A stretch of DNA of 48,677 nucleotides from Candidatus Collierbacteria bacterium GW2011_GWA2_42_17 (GCA_000998275.1 LCDA01000006.1:1-48677), one strand, 5' to 3'. Positions 17,739 to 26,066 are shown, counted from the first letter of the stretch. A program made the numbers and translations. Notes: generated by a model not told the origin, from the sequence alone.

Positions 17739-18392
17739 ATGATAAAAAACCTAATCTTAAGCCTCTATTTTGTGCTGTTCTCCGGCGGGGTTTCTACGGT
17801 TCAAAATATTCTCCCTCAAAAAGAGAATGTTTTATCTTCTCGAACAATCTCACTAGAGAATCGTTATCCTTCCCAGAGAGTAAGTGATGTCTTCAAAGAC
17901 AACATTTTACTTAATTTGGCCTATCTTGATGGGCGTGTTGATAGTGCGCAAGACATCAACTGGGCTGAGATAGATAACTCTTTCAGATCCGAGTTTACTC
18001 TTCAACCAAATGAGACTTTTGCCTATCATGATGCAGTTCTTCCCCAGTTTGATGGTAAGGTTGTCAAGACCACTGAGGCTCACTTTAACTACTCCGACGG
18101 ATTCAAAACCGATGGTTATTTATATGGAGATGGTGTTTGTCATCTTGCTTCCCTTATAAACTGGGCAGCCAGAGAGGCAAAACTAGATGTGCTTGCTCCC
18201 GCCAATCATGATTTTGCAAACATTCCTGAGGTGCCTAAAGAATTTGGTGTGTCTATTTACTACAACCCCGCAAACAAATCTATTGGTGCAAATCAAAATT
18301 TATACATCACCAACAATCAGGACAAACCGGTAAACTTTGTTTTTGAATACAAAGATGGACAGCTTTCTGTCACTGTTACCGCCCAGGCCTAA
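17739..18392 (+). CDS. VanW-like secreted protein
   Basis: N-terminal signal/anchor. GYLYGDGVCHLASLINWAAREAKL resembles the VanW GGGVCQ core. Confidence 0.5.
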   Translation: MIKNLILSLYFVLFSGGVSTVQNILPQKENVLSSRTISLENRYPSQRVSDVFKDNILLNLAYLDGRVDSAQDINWAEIDNSFRSEFTLQPNETFAYHDAVLPQFDGKVVKTTEAHFNYSDGFKTDGYLYGDGVCHLASLINWAAREAKLDVLAPANHDFANIPEVPKEFGVSIYYNPANKSIGANQNLYITNNQDKPVNFVFEYKDGQLSVTVTAQA

Positions 18393-18406
18393 AGTAAGCA
18401 ATAACA

Positions 18407-18667
18407 CTAAAAAGAAGCCAGCTGTTCGTAAGGGCAGATGGCTTCTTCTCTGATTACACCGAATATCATGAACCAAACACTTTGATATCTTAGCGAAGTG
18501 TAAGGACGGTAACTTACTTCCCGGTTTCTACTGATATGCAACGCACATACCCCAGAGTAGGATGGTTATCCCTAGGCTGCGTTACCACTTAAAAGTGCGG
18601 TGTACCAAAAAGAGTTAGAGAGGTCGTAATTTTGTTAACTTATCCCTACCCTCTTTTATGTGGGATT
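18407..18667 (-). ncRNA. candidate ~260-nt small RNA of unknown family
   Basis: No ORF of 60 aa or more on either strand. A minus-strand promoter lies upstream (18673-18701) and a hairpin plus U-tract terminator downstream (18446-18408). Several internal hairpins are present, for example 18495-18520, 18557-18575 and 18536-18550. Confidence 0.4.
18413..18446. terminator. bidirectional hairpin terminator (stronger on the minus strand)
   Basis: AGAAGCCA (18413-18420) pairs with TGGCTTCT (18439-18446), with inner CTG/CAG pairs. The plus-strand A-run at 18409-18412 upstream of the stem gives a U-tract for a minus-strand transcript. Confidence 0.6.
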
Positions 18668-18672
18668 AATTC

Positions 18673-18701
18673 AATTTAGCTAACTTTCAATCATTTGTCA
18701 A
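18673..18701 (-). promoter_or_regulatory. sigma70-like promoter for the candidate sRNA
   Basis: The minus strand reads TTGACA (plus 18701-18696), a 17-nt spacer, then TAAATT (plus 18678-18673). Confidence 0.5.
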
Positions 18702-18720
18702 TATCAATTTCAAGGCTAAG

Positions 18721-18738
18721 TTGTAATCAAAATTACAA
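18721..18738. repeat. perfect inverted repeat TTGTAAT-CAAA-ATTACAA (operator-like)
   Basis: 7-bp arms with a 4-bp spacer, lying between the divergent sRNA and ileS-leader promoters. The same TGTAAT-N4-ATTACA core recurs at 41296-41313. Confidence 0.45.
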
Positions 18739-18773
18739 AATATCGGATACTAAATATTTTTCCCAAACGTAAC

Positions 18774-18782
18774 TGCTATAAT
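18774..18782 (+). promoter_or_regulatory. extended -10 promoter of the ileS leader
   Basis: TGcTATAAT, with TG at 18774-18775 and TATAAT at 18777-18782. Confidence 0.5.
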
Positions 18783-18788
18783 CAAAAA

Positions 18789-18963
18789 GTAACAAAAGCG
18801 TTTGAGCCGGGCAATCACCCAGGCGAGCTGGAAGAAGAAAACAGTAGACCTTCCCGGGAAGCCCGTAATAGCGACAATCAAGTAAAAAATTAGATGGTAC
18901 CGTCAGAAAACAATGTTTAATGACTCTAATCCTGGAAGACTTACGTCTTGGCAGGATTTTTTT
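18789..18963 (+). promoter_or_regulatory. T-box riboswitch leader (Ile), transcription-attenuation type
   Basis: T-box sequence AAUUAGAUGGUACCGUC at 18888-18904. Antiterminator: AUUAGA 18889-18894 pairs with UCUAAU 18925-18930, with a 7-nt bulge UGGUACC at 18895-18901, and GUCA 18902-18905 pairs with UGAC 18921-18924. The overlapping terminator at 18928-18958 is followed by a U-run. GNUGGNA-like GCUGGAA at 18827-18833 and AGUA at 18843-18846. AUC-A specifier candidates at 18814-18817 and 18877-18880. Confidence 0.85.
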
Positions 18964-18974
18964 GGAATAAAAAA

Positions 18975-21794
18975 ATGAAAAACAAAACTATTAAACCCTT
19001 GGAAACACAGTACACTCCTTCGATAATCGAAGAGGAGGTCATCAAATATTGGAAAGAAAATCAAACCTTTGAAAAATCGGTTTTTCAAAGAGATGCCAAA
19101 GACACCTTCCGTTTCTACGACGGTCCTCCTTTTGTCACCGGTAAGCCTCATTATGGGCATCTTTTAGGATCAATCATTAAAGACGTTATTCCTCGTTACC
19201 AAACCATGAAAGGTAAGCACGTCGATCGAGTCTGGGGCTGGGACTGTCATGGTCTTCCCATTGAAAACAAAGTTGAAAAACTATTGGGGGTCAACTCCAA
19301 AAAGGAAATAGAAACTCTGGGCATTGATAAATTTGTTTCTGCTTGCAAAACTTATGTTCACGATGTCTCCTCTGAATGGCAGTGGTATATCGACAGGATC
19401 GGTCGTTGGGTTGATATGGAACATTCTTATCGCACCATGGACAAAAACTACATGGAGTCGGTTATCTGGGTTTTCAAACAGCTTTACGAAAAAAATAATA
19501 TCTATAAAGGCAAAAGAGTTTCTCTTTTTTGCCCCAGGTGTGAGTCTCCTATCAGTAATTTTGAAATTGCCATGGACAACTCCTACAGGGATGTCACTGA
19601 TCCTTCGGTCTTTCTTAAATTTCGTGTAAAAGGTGAGAACCACTTCTTCCTTGCCTGGACAACTACCCCCTGGACACTTCCCAGTAACTTTGCCCTAGCC
19701 GTTTCCGTAGACGATACTTATGTCTTGGTCGAACAGAACAATGTTCAATACATTCTCGCTAAGGCTCGTGTTGAAGAAACCTTAGGAAGCGACGGTCTCA
19801 GAATAATTAAAGAATTCAAGGGCAACGAACTTGTAGGCAAAGAATACGAACCTCTCTATACCTACTATGACTCCACCAAAGCCGACTACAAAGTCTATCC
19901 CGCAGACTTTGTCTCCATGGAAGACGGTACTGGAATTGTTCATATTGCTCCGGGATTTGGTGAAGATGATACTGAGCTTGGTAAAAAATATGGACTTTCG
20001 ATGGGGGAGTCGGTTGACGACACCGGCACCATGGATCCAAAAATTACTGTTGCTCAGGGTAAATATTTCAAAGCTGCCGATAAATTAGTACTCGAAGATT
20101 TAGTCAACAGAGGTTTAATATTAAAGAGCACAAAAATTACTCACAGTTATCCTCACTGTCATCGTTGCGGAACTGCCTTACTCTATAAAAGTCAAATAGC
20201 TTGGTACATCAATATTCAGGATATTAAAAGTAAATTAATTGAAACGAATAAAGATATTAACTGGGTCCCCAGTCATTTCAAAGATGGTCGTTTCAGGCTT
20301 GGCATAGAGTCTGCTCCAGACTGGTGCATTAGCCGTTCACGTTACTGGGGTACACCTCTTCCCATCTGGGAGTGTGAGTGCGGAGAGAGAATCGTTCCTG
20401 GATCAATTGCCGATATCGAAAATCTTTCCGGTCAAAAAGTAAAAGATCTTCATCGCCCAGACATTGATGAAATCTATTTAAACTGTCCTAAGTGCGGCAA
20501 AAAAGCCAAACGCGTTCCCGAAGTGCTTGATGTTTGGATTGAGTCGGCTTCTATGCCTTATGCACAAGTACATTATCCCTTCGAAAATGTAGACAAGTTC
20601 AACAATAGTTTCCCAGCTGACTTTATTACCGAGTACACAGGCCAACTACGGGCTTGGTTTTACGTCACCCACGTCGTCTCCAATCTATTGATGGGCTCCA
20701 AATCATTTGAAAATGTCGTGGTCAGCGGTGTCATCATGGGAACCGATGGCCACAAAATGAGTAAGAGTTTAGGAAATTTTCCCGACCCCAAAGACTCACT
20801 CCAAAAGTTTGGTGGCGACTCTCTTAGGTTATATCTCATGGGCAGTTCCATTGCTCTTGGCCAAGACATTATTGTCTCCGAAGAAGACTGGGCCAACGAA
20901 CTCAAAACCACCCTTATGCTACTCTGGAACTCCTACAAATACTTTGTTTCTTATGCCTCTCTCGAAAACTGGGAACAAAAACCGGAGTTTGCCAAAGAAC
21001 CAGGCGTTCTAGATCGTTGGATTCTCACTCGTTTGGATGAAACAGTTCTTATGATGGATAAATATCTTGGTGTTTATCAAATTCCTAAAAGCGTCGCCAC
21101 TCTAAAAAGCTTCATTTCTGACCTTTCTACTTGGTACATTCGCCGTTCTCGCGATCGTGTTGGTCCCAGCGCCCCAAATCAAGCCGACAAAGAAGCTGCC
21201 TATATCACCATGTCCACCGTTTTTAGCGTTCTTTTCAAGGTATCAGCTCCAATTATTCCTTTCATCTCAGAGTATCTTTATCGTCATCTTACCGGAGAAG
21301 AATCGGTCCATCTCGAAGACTGGCCAACAGTCAAAAACGACAAAGTAATTGACAGGGAACTTTTAGTCAAAATGGTTCTAGTTAGAAGAATCTGCGAAAT
21401 GGGCAACGGGGAAAGAAAGAATCTTAGTCTTCCGATCAAACAAGCTCTATCATCCATCACCGTAAAAGGTGAGTTCTCCACGCTTAAGGATGAAAGTGAA
21501 CTTCTTCAATTAATTAAAGAAGAACTAAATGTAGAAGAAGTCTTGTTCGCCGAGGGCAAGGAAGGCGTCAGCTACGACACCGTTATCACTGTCGATCTCA
21601 AAGACAAAGGTTTGGCTCGTGAAATTATCAGGTCGATTCAGGAAGCCAGAAAATTGGCGAATTGTCGACTCGACGAAAAAATTGAGATCGAACTACCTTC
21701 TTGGCCAGTTAAGTACGAAGGCGACATCAAGCGCAAAGCCTTGGTATCCAAAATTACCAAAGGTCCAGAGATAAAAATTGTAAGATCGAATTAA
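18975..21794 (+). CDS. ileS: isoleucine--tRNA ligase (type 2)
   Basis: FYDGPPFVTGKPHYGHLLG (HIGH region), KMSKS, and a CP1 editing domain. I chose the ATG at 18975 because the upstream in-frame codons lie inside the T-box terminator. Confidence 0.95.
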   Translation: MKNKTIKPLETQYTPSIIEEEVIKYWKENQTFEKSVFQRDAKDTFRFYDGPPFVTGKPHYGHLLGSIIKDVIPRYQTMKGKHVDRVWGWDCHGLPIENKVEKLLGVNSKKEIETLGIDKFVSACKTYVHDVSSEWQWYIDRIGRWVDMEHSYRTMDKNYMESVIWVFKQLYEKNNIYKGKRVSLFCPRCESPISNFEIAMDNSYRDVTDPSVFLKFRVKGENHFFLAWTTTPWTLPSNFALAVSVDDTYVLVEQNNVQYILAKARVEETLGSDGLRIIKEFKGNELVGKEYEPLYTYYDSTKADYKVYPADFVSMEDGTGIVHIAPGFGEDDTELGKKYGLSMGESVDDTGTMDPKITVAQGKYFKAADKLVLEDLVNRGLILKSTKITHSYPHCHRCGTALLYKSQIAWYINIQDIKSKLIETNKDINWVPSHFKDGRFRLGIESAPDWCISRSRYWGTPLPIWECECGERIVPGSIADIENLSGQKVKDLHRPDIDEIYLNCPKCGKKAKRVPEVLDVWIESASMPYAQVHYPFENVDKFNNSFPADFITEYTGQLRAWFYVTHVVSNLLMGSKSFENVVVSGVIMGTDGHKMSKSLGNFPDPKDSLQKFGGDSLRLYLMGSSIALGQDIIVSEEDWANELKTTLMLLWNSYKYFVSYASLENWEQKPEFAKEPGVLDRWILTRLDETVLMMDKYLGVYQIPKSVATLKSFISDLSTWYIRRSRDRVGPSAPNQADKEAAYITMSTVFSVLFKVSAPIIPFISEYLYRHLTGEESVHLEDWPTVKNDKVIDRELLVKMVLVRRICEMGNGERKNLSLPIKQALSSITVKGEFSTLKDESELLQLIKEELNVEEVLFAEGKEGVSYDTVITVDLKDKGLAREIIRSIQEARKLANCRLDEKIEIELPSWPVKYEGDIKRKALVSKITKGPEIKIVRSN

Positions 21795-21795
21795 T

Positions 21796-22851
21796 ATGCG
21801 TCCAAACAAGGGCTTATTTATCGCTGCCTTAATACTGGTTCTTGTCTTGGGTCTTATTACCATCTGGAGTACAGTTCCTGATTTGTTTTTTACTCAGCTG
21901 GAATTTATTATTGCCGGTATTATTATCGTTTTTCTACTCTCCAGACTGGATACAAGAACATTTTTTAGTATCTCAACCGGTTTATATATCACTAGTATCT
22001 TCCTTTTGATTCTGACTGCGATTATCGGCAGAAATATCCGTGGTTCTGTTCGCTGGATTGATCTAGGTATCTTTAATCTTCAAACATCTGAGATTGTCAA
22101 ACCTTTTCTCGCCATTTTTTATGCGTCATATCTCTCTCAAAGCAAAATTAGTAAATGGAAAGATGTTTTAAAGTTCCTTTTACTTGCCATGATTCCGGTT
22201 GTTTTAGTCATTATTCAGCCAGACCTTGGTACCGCCTTGACCTTAATTTGTTTGCCCTTGGCCCTGTTGGTATTTACCGGTCATATAAAGAAACTCCTAA
22301 TTATTGGTGCCGTCTTTCTTGCTGTTGCCATCCCTTTGGAATCATATTTCCTCAAACCGTACCAAAGACAGAGAATCGATACCTTTATTAATCCCTACAA
22401 GGATCCTCAAGGAGCTGGATACAACGTTATTCAAGCCACGATTGCCGTCGGGTCGGGTGGTATTTTTGGCAAAGGAGTCAAACTTGGAACCCAGTCTCAC
22501 CTAAACTTTCTTCCCGAACGTCATACCGACTTTATTTTTGCCTCGTTTGTCGAAGAATTCGGTTTGGTCGGAGCTTCTTTTCTTCTCGCCGCTTACTTTT
22601 TCATTTTTCAAACTTGTCTTCAAACAGGCAAAGTTCTAAGGGACAGTCGAGCATCGCTTCTTTCACTTTCGGTTTTTACCATCATGGCATTCCAAACAGT
22701 TGTTAACATCGGTATGAATCTTGGGGTCATGCCTGTAACCGGAATTACCTTACCCCTTTTTTCCTATGGCGGTAGCTCCCTTCTAAGTTTCGCGATATTA
22801 ATTGGACTCCAACTCCGCCAGCTTGATTTAATCACCCCTTTTGAGATATAA
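21796..22851 (+). CDS. rodA: SEDS-family peptidoglycan polymerase (RodA/FtsW-like)
   Basis: A 10-TM-type protein with RWIDLG..QTSEIVKP, PERHTDFIF and LPLFSYGGSS. It starts 1 nt after the ileS stop. Confidence 0.85.
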   Translation: MRPNKGLFIAALILVLVLGLITIWSTVPDLFFTQLEFIIAGIIIVFLLSRLDTRTFFSISTGLYITSIFLLILTAIIGRNIRGSVRWIDLGIFNLQTSEIVKPFLAIFYASYLSQSKISKWKDVLKFLLLAMIPVVLVIIQPDLGTALTLICLPLALLVFTGHIKKLLIIGAVFLAVAIPLESYFLKPYQRQRIDTFINPYKDPQGAGYNVIQATIAVGSGGIFGKGVKLGTQSHLNFLPERHTDFIFASFVEEFGLVGASFLLAAYFFIFQTCLQTGKVLRDSRASLLSLSVFTIMAFQTVVNIGMNLGVMPVTGITLPLFSYGGSSLLSFAILIGLQLRQLDLITPFEI

Positions 22852-22859
22852 TTGCGCCC

Positions 22860-23186
22860 ATGGAAGACAAAAATATATATGCCGTCATTGAACTTGGCGG
22901 AAAACAGTTCTTGGTCAAACAAGGAGACAAAATTACTGCTGAGAAAATCGAAACTAAAGTTGGCGACACTTTAAAGGTTACTGAAGTTTTGTTGACTCAC
23001 GACGGCAAAGACACCAAGATTGGTCAGCCTTACGTCGAAAAAGCTTCTGTAGAGCTTACTCTAGACAGTACTGGGCGTGGTGAAAAAATTCGCGTAGCTA
23101 AATTTAAGGCTAAATCAAGGTACAGAAAAGTTCTTGGTCACCGACAATCTGAGAGCTATCTCACGGTCAAGGCGATCAACCTTTAA
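22860..23186 (+). CDS. rplU: 50S ribosomal protein L21
   Basis: YAVIELGGKQFLVKQGDKI and HRQSESYLTV. Confidence 0.95.
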   Translation: MEDKNIYAVIELGGKQFLVKQGDKITAEKIETKVGDTLKVTEVLLTHDGKDTKIGQPYVEKASVELTLDSTGRGEKIRVAKFKAKSRYRKVLGHRQSESYLTVKAINL

Positions 23187-23192
23187 AACACA

Positions 23193-24245
23193 ATGCAATT
23201 TTTATTGTTCGTCGGAGCCAACAATACTTTGGCGGCAGAAGAGGTGTCTGCCCAAATAAAGAAGGCGACCCAAATTTCCCCCAATGTCTATCGTTTTGAG
23301 ATGGGTTCTGTTGACGAAGCCAAAATAATTGCCGAAAGACTAGGATCCAGTATCAAACTCGCCGTTCTTCTCGAAGGGGTTATCCCAGGTGCCAAATCCA
23401 TAGCCAAAGAAATCAAAGCTAAAAATTTCTCTTTAAGTCTGTTGGGAAAAAAGGAAAACACTTCCAAACTTCACCAAGAAGTCAAAGACAATCTTGAAAG
23501 AGGTAGATTTGTCATTCCCAAAGACGAGTTTGGCGTTTCTCCAGTCATCAACAAAAAACACAAGATCGATGAGTTTTTCTTGGATATAGAAAATAATCAA
23601 GTTTGGCAAACTGTCTGGGTTCATAGCTTCATGCACTGGATCAAAAAAGATCGTCACATGCCTCACATTGATCCCCAAGCCGGTATGCTTCCTCCAAAAA
23701 TCGCCCGAAGTATGGTCAACCTGGTACCCCTTTCTCCCGAGGGCAAGATCTTGGTTGATCCTTTCTGCGGTTCAGGCAGAGTTTTAGTCGAAGCCGCTGA
23801 GGTAGGCTATCAAATAGGCGGAACAGACATTGTCACCAATCAGGTTCAAGATACTATAGAAAATCTCCAATCGATGAACTTTTCGGGGAAAATAGAGGTT
23901 CTTGATGCTACCCACCTCTCCGATAAATTCAGCAATATCGATGCCATTGTTACTGAGCCTTTTCTCGGAAAATCTAAGTTCAGACAAGACGAAATTCGTT
24001 ATATTGTCCCCGGATTGGAGAAGCTTTATCTCGGTTGTCTTAAGGACTGGTTGAAAGTTCTCAAACCCGGCGGTTTTGTCGTCATGGTCTTCCCTTGGTT
24101 CAACGACGGTAAAAAAGAATATAAGACGAGTGAAATAATTGACGGGAAGCTAAAGTTAAGTTACAATCCATTGAAACGCGGAATATTTTATTCACGTCCC
24201 GACGCGGACGTCAAGCGTGAAATAGTTATCTTACAAAAACAATAA
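23193..24245 (+). CDS. SAM-dependent N-methyltransferase (UPF0020/Trm11-RlmL-like) with N-terminal THUMP-like region
   Basis: Motif I VDPFCGSGRVLVEAA. Motif IV-like VTEPFLGK, a variant of the (D/N)PP(Y/F) type. Confidence 0.7.
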   Translation: MQFLLFVGANNTLAAEEVSAQIKKATQISPNVYRFEMGSVDEAKIIAERLGSSIKLAVLLEGVIPGAKSIAKEIKAKNFSLSLLGKKENTSKLHQEVKDNLERGRFVIPKDEFGVSPVINKKHKIDEFFLDIENNQVWQTVWVHSFMHWIKKDRHMPHIDPQAGMLPPKIARSMVNLVPLSPEGKILVDPFCGSGRVLVEAAEVGYQIGGTDIVTNQVQDTIENLQSMNFSGKIEVLDATHLSDKFSNIDAIVTEPFLGKSKFRQDEIRYIVPGLEKLYLGCLKDWLKVLKPGGFVVMVFPWFNDGKKEYKTSEIIDGKLKLSYNPLKRGIFYSRPDADVKREIVILQKQ

Positions 24246-24251
24246 AAATAT

Positions 24252-24503
24252 ATGGCACACGTCAAATCAGGAGGAGCGACCAGACAACACGCTCAACGTT
24301 CCGGCAAAAGACTAGGAGTCAAAATCTACGGTGGTGAAGAAATCAAAACTGGTCAAATCATTGTTCGTCAACGTGGAGCAGGAGTACATCCTGGTATCAA
24401 CACCGACAAAGGCCGTGACTTTACTGTTTACGCTACTGCCCCTGGAAACGTCAAATATCGTAAGTTAAACGGGGTTAAATACGTAGACGTAATCACAAAA
24501 TAA
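24252..24503 (+). CDS. rpmA: 50S ribosomal protein L27
   Basis: MAHVKSGGATRQ...GKRLGVK...GQIIVRQRG. There is no N-terminal propeptide. Confidence 0.97.
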   Translation: MAHVKSGGATRQHAQRSGKRLGVKIYGGEEIKTGQIIVRQRGAGVHPGINTDKGRDFTVYATAPGNVKYRKLNGVKYVDVITK

Positions 24504-25493
24504 ATGGAAGAAAATCAACAGGTTGCAAGATTACCGCTAGACCATCTTCAACCCAATCCTCTTCAGCCAAGAGGAGTGATTACTCCTGAATCTCTTTCCG
24601 AACTTGTTGACTCCATCAAGACTCACGGCATCATTCAACCTCTCGTTGTGGCACACACCCCCGCAGGCTATCAGATCATCGCCGGAGAACGTCGTTGGAG
24701 AGCCAGTCGTCTTGCCGGTCTTACCGAAGTCCCTGTTAGAATCATCGAAACCACTCCTCAGGGAATGCTTGAGATGGCCATAGTGGAAAATGTTCAACGC
24801 ACCGATCTTAATCCTATTGATCGTGCCAACTCCTTTGAACGTCTCATCAAAGAATTCTCTTTAACCAACTCGGACATCTGTACCCGCATCGGCAAAAGTC
24901 CAGCCTACGTCAGTAACACCTTCCGTCTTCTCGAACTTCCAGATGCCCTTAAGGACGGACTGATCTCGGGGGTCATCACTGAAGGCCACGCCAGAGCCCT
25001 AGCCGCCATTCCCGACACCCAGGCCATGATTGAAGCCTACAAGATGATTCTCCGTGAAGGTGGTTCGGTCAGACGTGCGGAAGAGCTTTCTCGCCGTTTC
25101 AAAAAAACCATGCATCGTTCCAAGCCATCTGATGGTTTCAACACCAAGACTGTCAATGAATCCATAGACAACATGGCAACAGCCATTGGTCGATCAATAG
25201 GGGAGAATGTTAACGTCAAAATGCGCCGTTCCAGAGTCGAAACCGCCATTCATATTGTTCTCAAAGGTAATCCTGAAGAAACCGAAGCCCAGATCCAAAA
25301 AATCTATGATCTAATAGTTGGAGTTCCCAAACCGGAAGTTCAAGTTGAAAAGGAAGAAGAGATTAAAACTCAAGAGTCTCCAAGCGAAAATACCTACTCA
25401 AATCCTTTTGAACCAATGTTGGAAAAACCCTCCTACAATCAACCCTCTGACCCTATTGTTCCCCGAGACCCCGACAACCTTTCGGAATACTAA
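24504..25493 (+). CDS. parB: ParB/Spo0J-family partition protein
   Basis: LQPNPLQPRG and IIAGERRWRA ParB-box motifs, an HTH region, and a long low-complexity Pro/Glu-rich C-terminal tail. Confidence 0.9.
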   Translation: MEENQQVARLPLDHLQPNPLQPRGVITPESLSELVDSIKTHGIIQPLVVAHTPAGYQIIAGERRWRASRLAGLTEVPVRIIETTPQGMLEMAIVENVQRTDLNPIDRANSFERLIKEFSLTNSDICTRIGKSPAYVSNTFRLLELPDALKDGLISGVITEGHARALAAIPDTQAMIEAYKMILREGGSVRRAEELSRRFKKTMHRSKPSDGFNTKTVNESIDNMATAIGRSIGENVNVKMRRSRVETAIHIVLKGNPEETEAQIQKIYDLIVGVPKPEVQVEKEEEIKTQESPSENTYSNPFEPMLEKPSYNQPSDPIVPRDPDNLSEY

Positions 25494-25496
25494 ACC

Positions 25497-26066
25497 CTAA
25501 TTGGAAGCCCTAGTTTGATTGGAGATTACTCCAACTACATCTGATGGCCAATATCGAAAAAAGACTCTCCCTACAATATTCTGTTCGGGTACCGGACCCC
25601 AATCACGGCTATCCGATGAATGACCCCGATTATCCCCAAAAGCAATAACTTCACCAGGTTGTACCGTATAACTTTCTCCTTCCAACAAAAACTGCCCCGG
25701 ATTAGTGACCACGTCGCTTGAAAGATAGTACTCGTCAAGTACTTGGCCATCAATATATACGTTGCCATTCTTGATCATCACTGTCTGTCCGGGAAGAGCA
25801 ATTACTCTCTTGATAAAGTCAAAATTCTCATTTACTGGAGCCTTAAAAACAATTACATCTCCATATTTTGGTAGCCCTCTTTGGTAGGTAATTTTGTCGG
25901 TAAGTAAGTACTCTTTATCCTTAAAAGTTGGGTACATCGATGCACCCTTCACCTGATGAGGCTGCATCAAGAATAGATAAACAACGACAAAAACCGAAGC
26001 AGAGATGACAAATGCCTCAACAAACTCGTAAACTACCTTGATAAACTTTCTAAAGAAACGCATCAT
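25497..26066 (-). CDS. lepB: signal peptidase I
   Basis: N-terminal TM, the catalytic Ser motif GASMYPTF, the KRVIALPGQTV box and GDNRGHSSDSR. Confidence 0.92.
   Translation of the reverse strand: MMRFFRKFIKVVYEFVEAFVISASVFVVVYLFLMQPHQVKGASMYPTFKDKEYLLTDKITYQRGLPKYGDVIVFKAPVNENFDFIKRVIALPGQTVMIKNGNVYIDGQVLDEYYLSSDVVTNPGQFLLEGESYTVQPGEVIAFGDNRGHSSDSRDWGPVPEQNIVGRVFFRYWPSDVVGVISNQTRASN

Noticed and set aside
18407-18667. Whether the candidate sRNA is a known housekeeping RNA (SRP/4.5S, RNase P, tmRNA, 6S) or a second riboswitch.
   Set aside because: I found no GGAA-tetraloop/AGCA SRP domain IV motif, no GAGGAAAGUCC or ACAGAA..GGCUUA RNase P motifs, and no tRNA-like GGUUCGA..CCA end or tag ORF for tmRNA. 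No downstream gene lies on that strand for a riboswitch. 6S cannot be excluded by eye, but the 5' and 3' ends do not pair into a closing stem.
18700-18709. Shared 10-mer AATATCAATT next to both TGTAAT-N4-ATTACA palindromes (18700-18709 and 41300-41309).
   Set aside because: At the second site it is simply part of the palindrome. At the first it lies 11 nt away and overlaps the -35 element. A single AT-rich 10-mer match in ~49 kb of AT-rich DNA is within chance expectation, so I did not treat it as an extension of the motif.
18903-19160. 85-aa minus-strand ORF across the ileS start.
   Set aside because: It overlaps the T-box terminator and the highly conserved N-terminus of IleS. There is no independent support for it.
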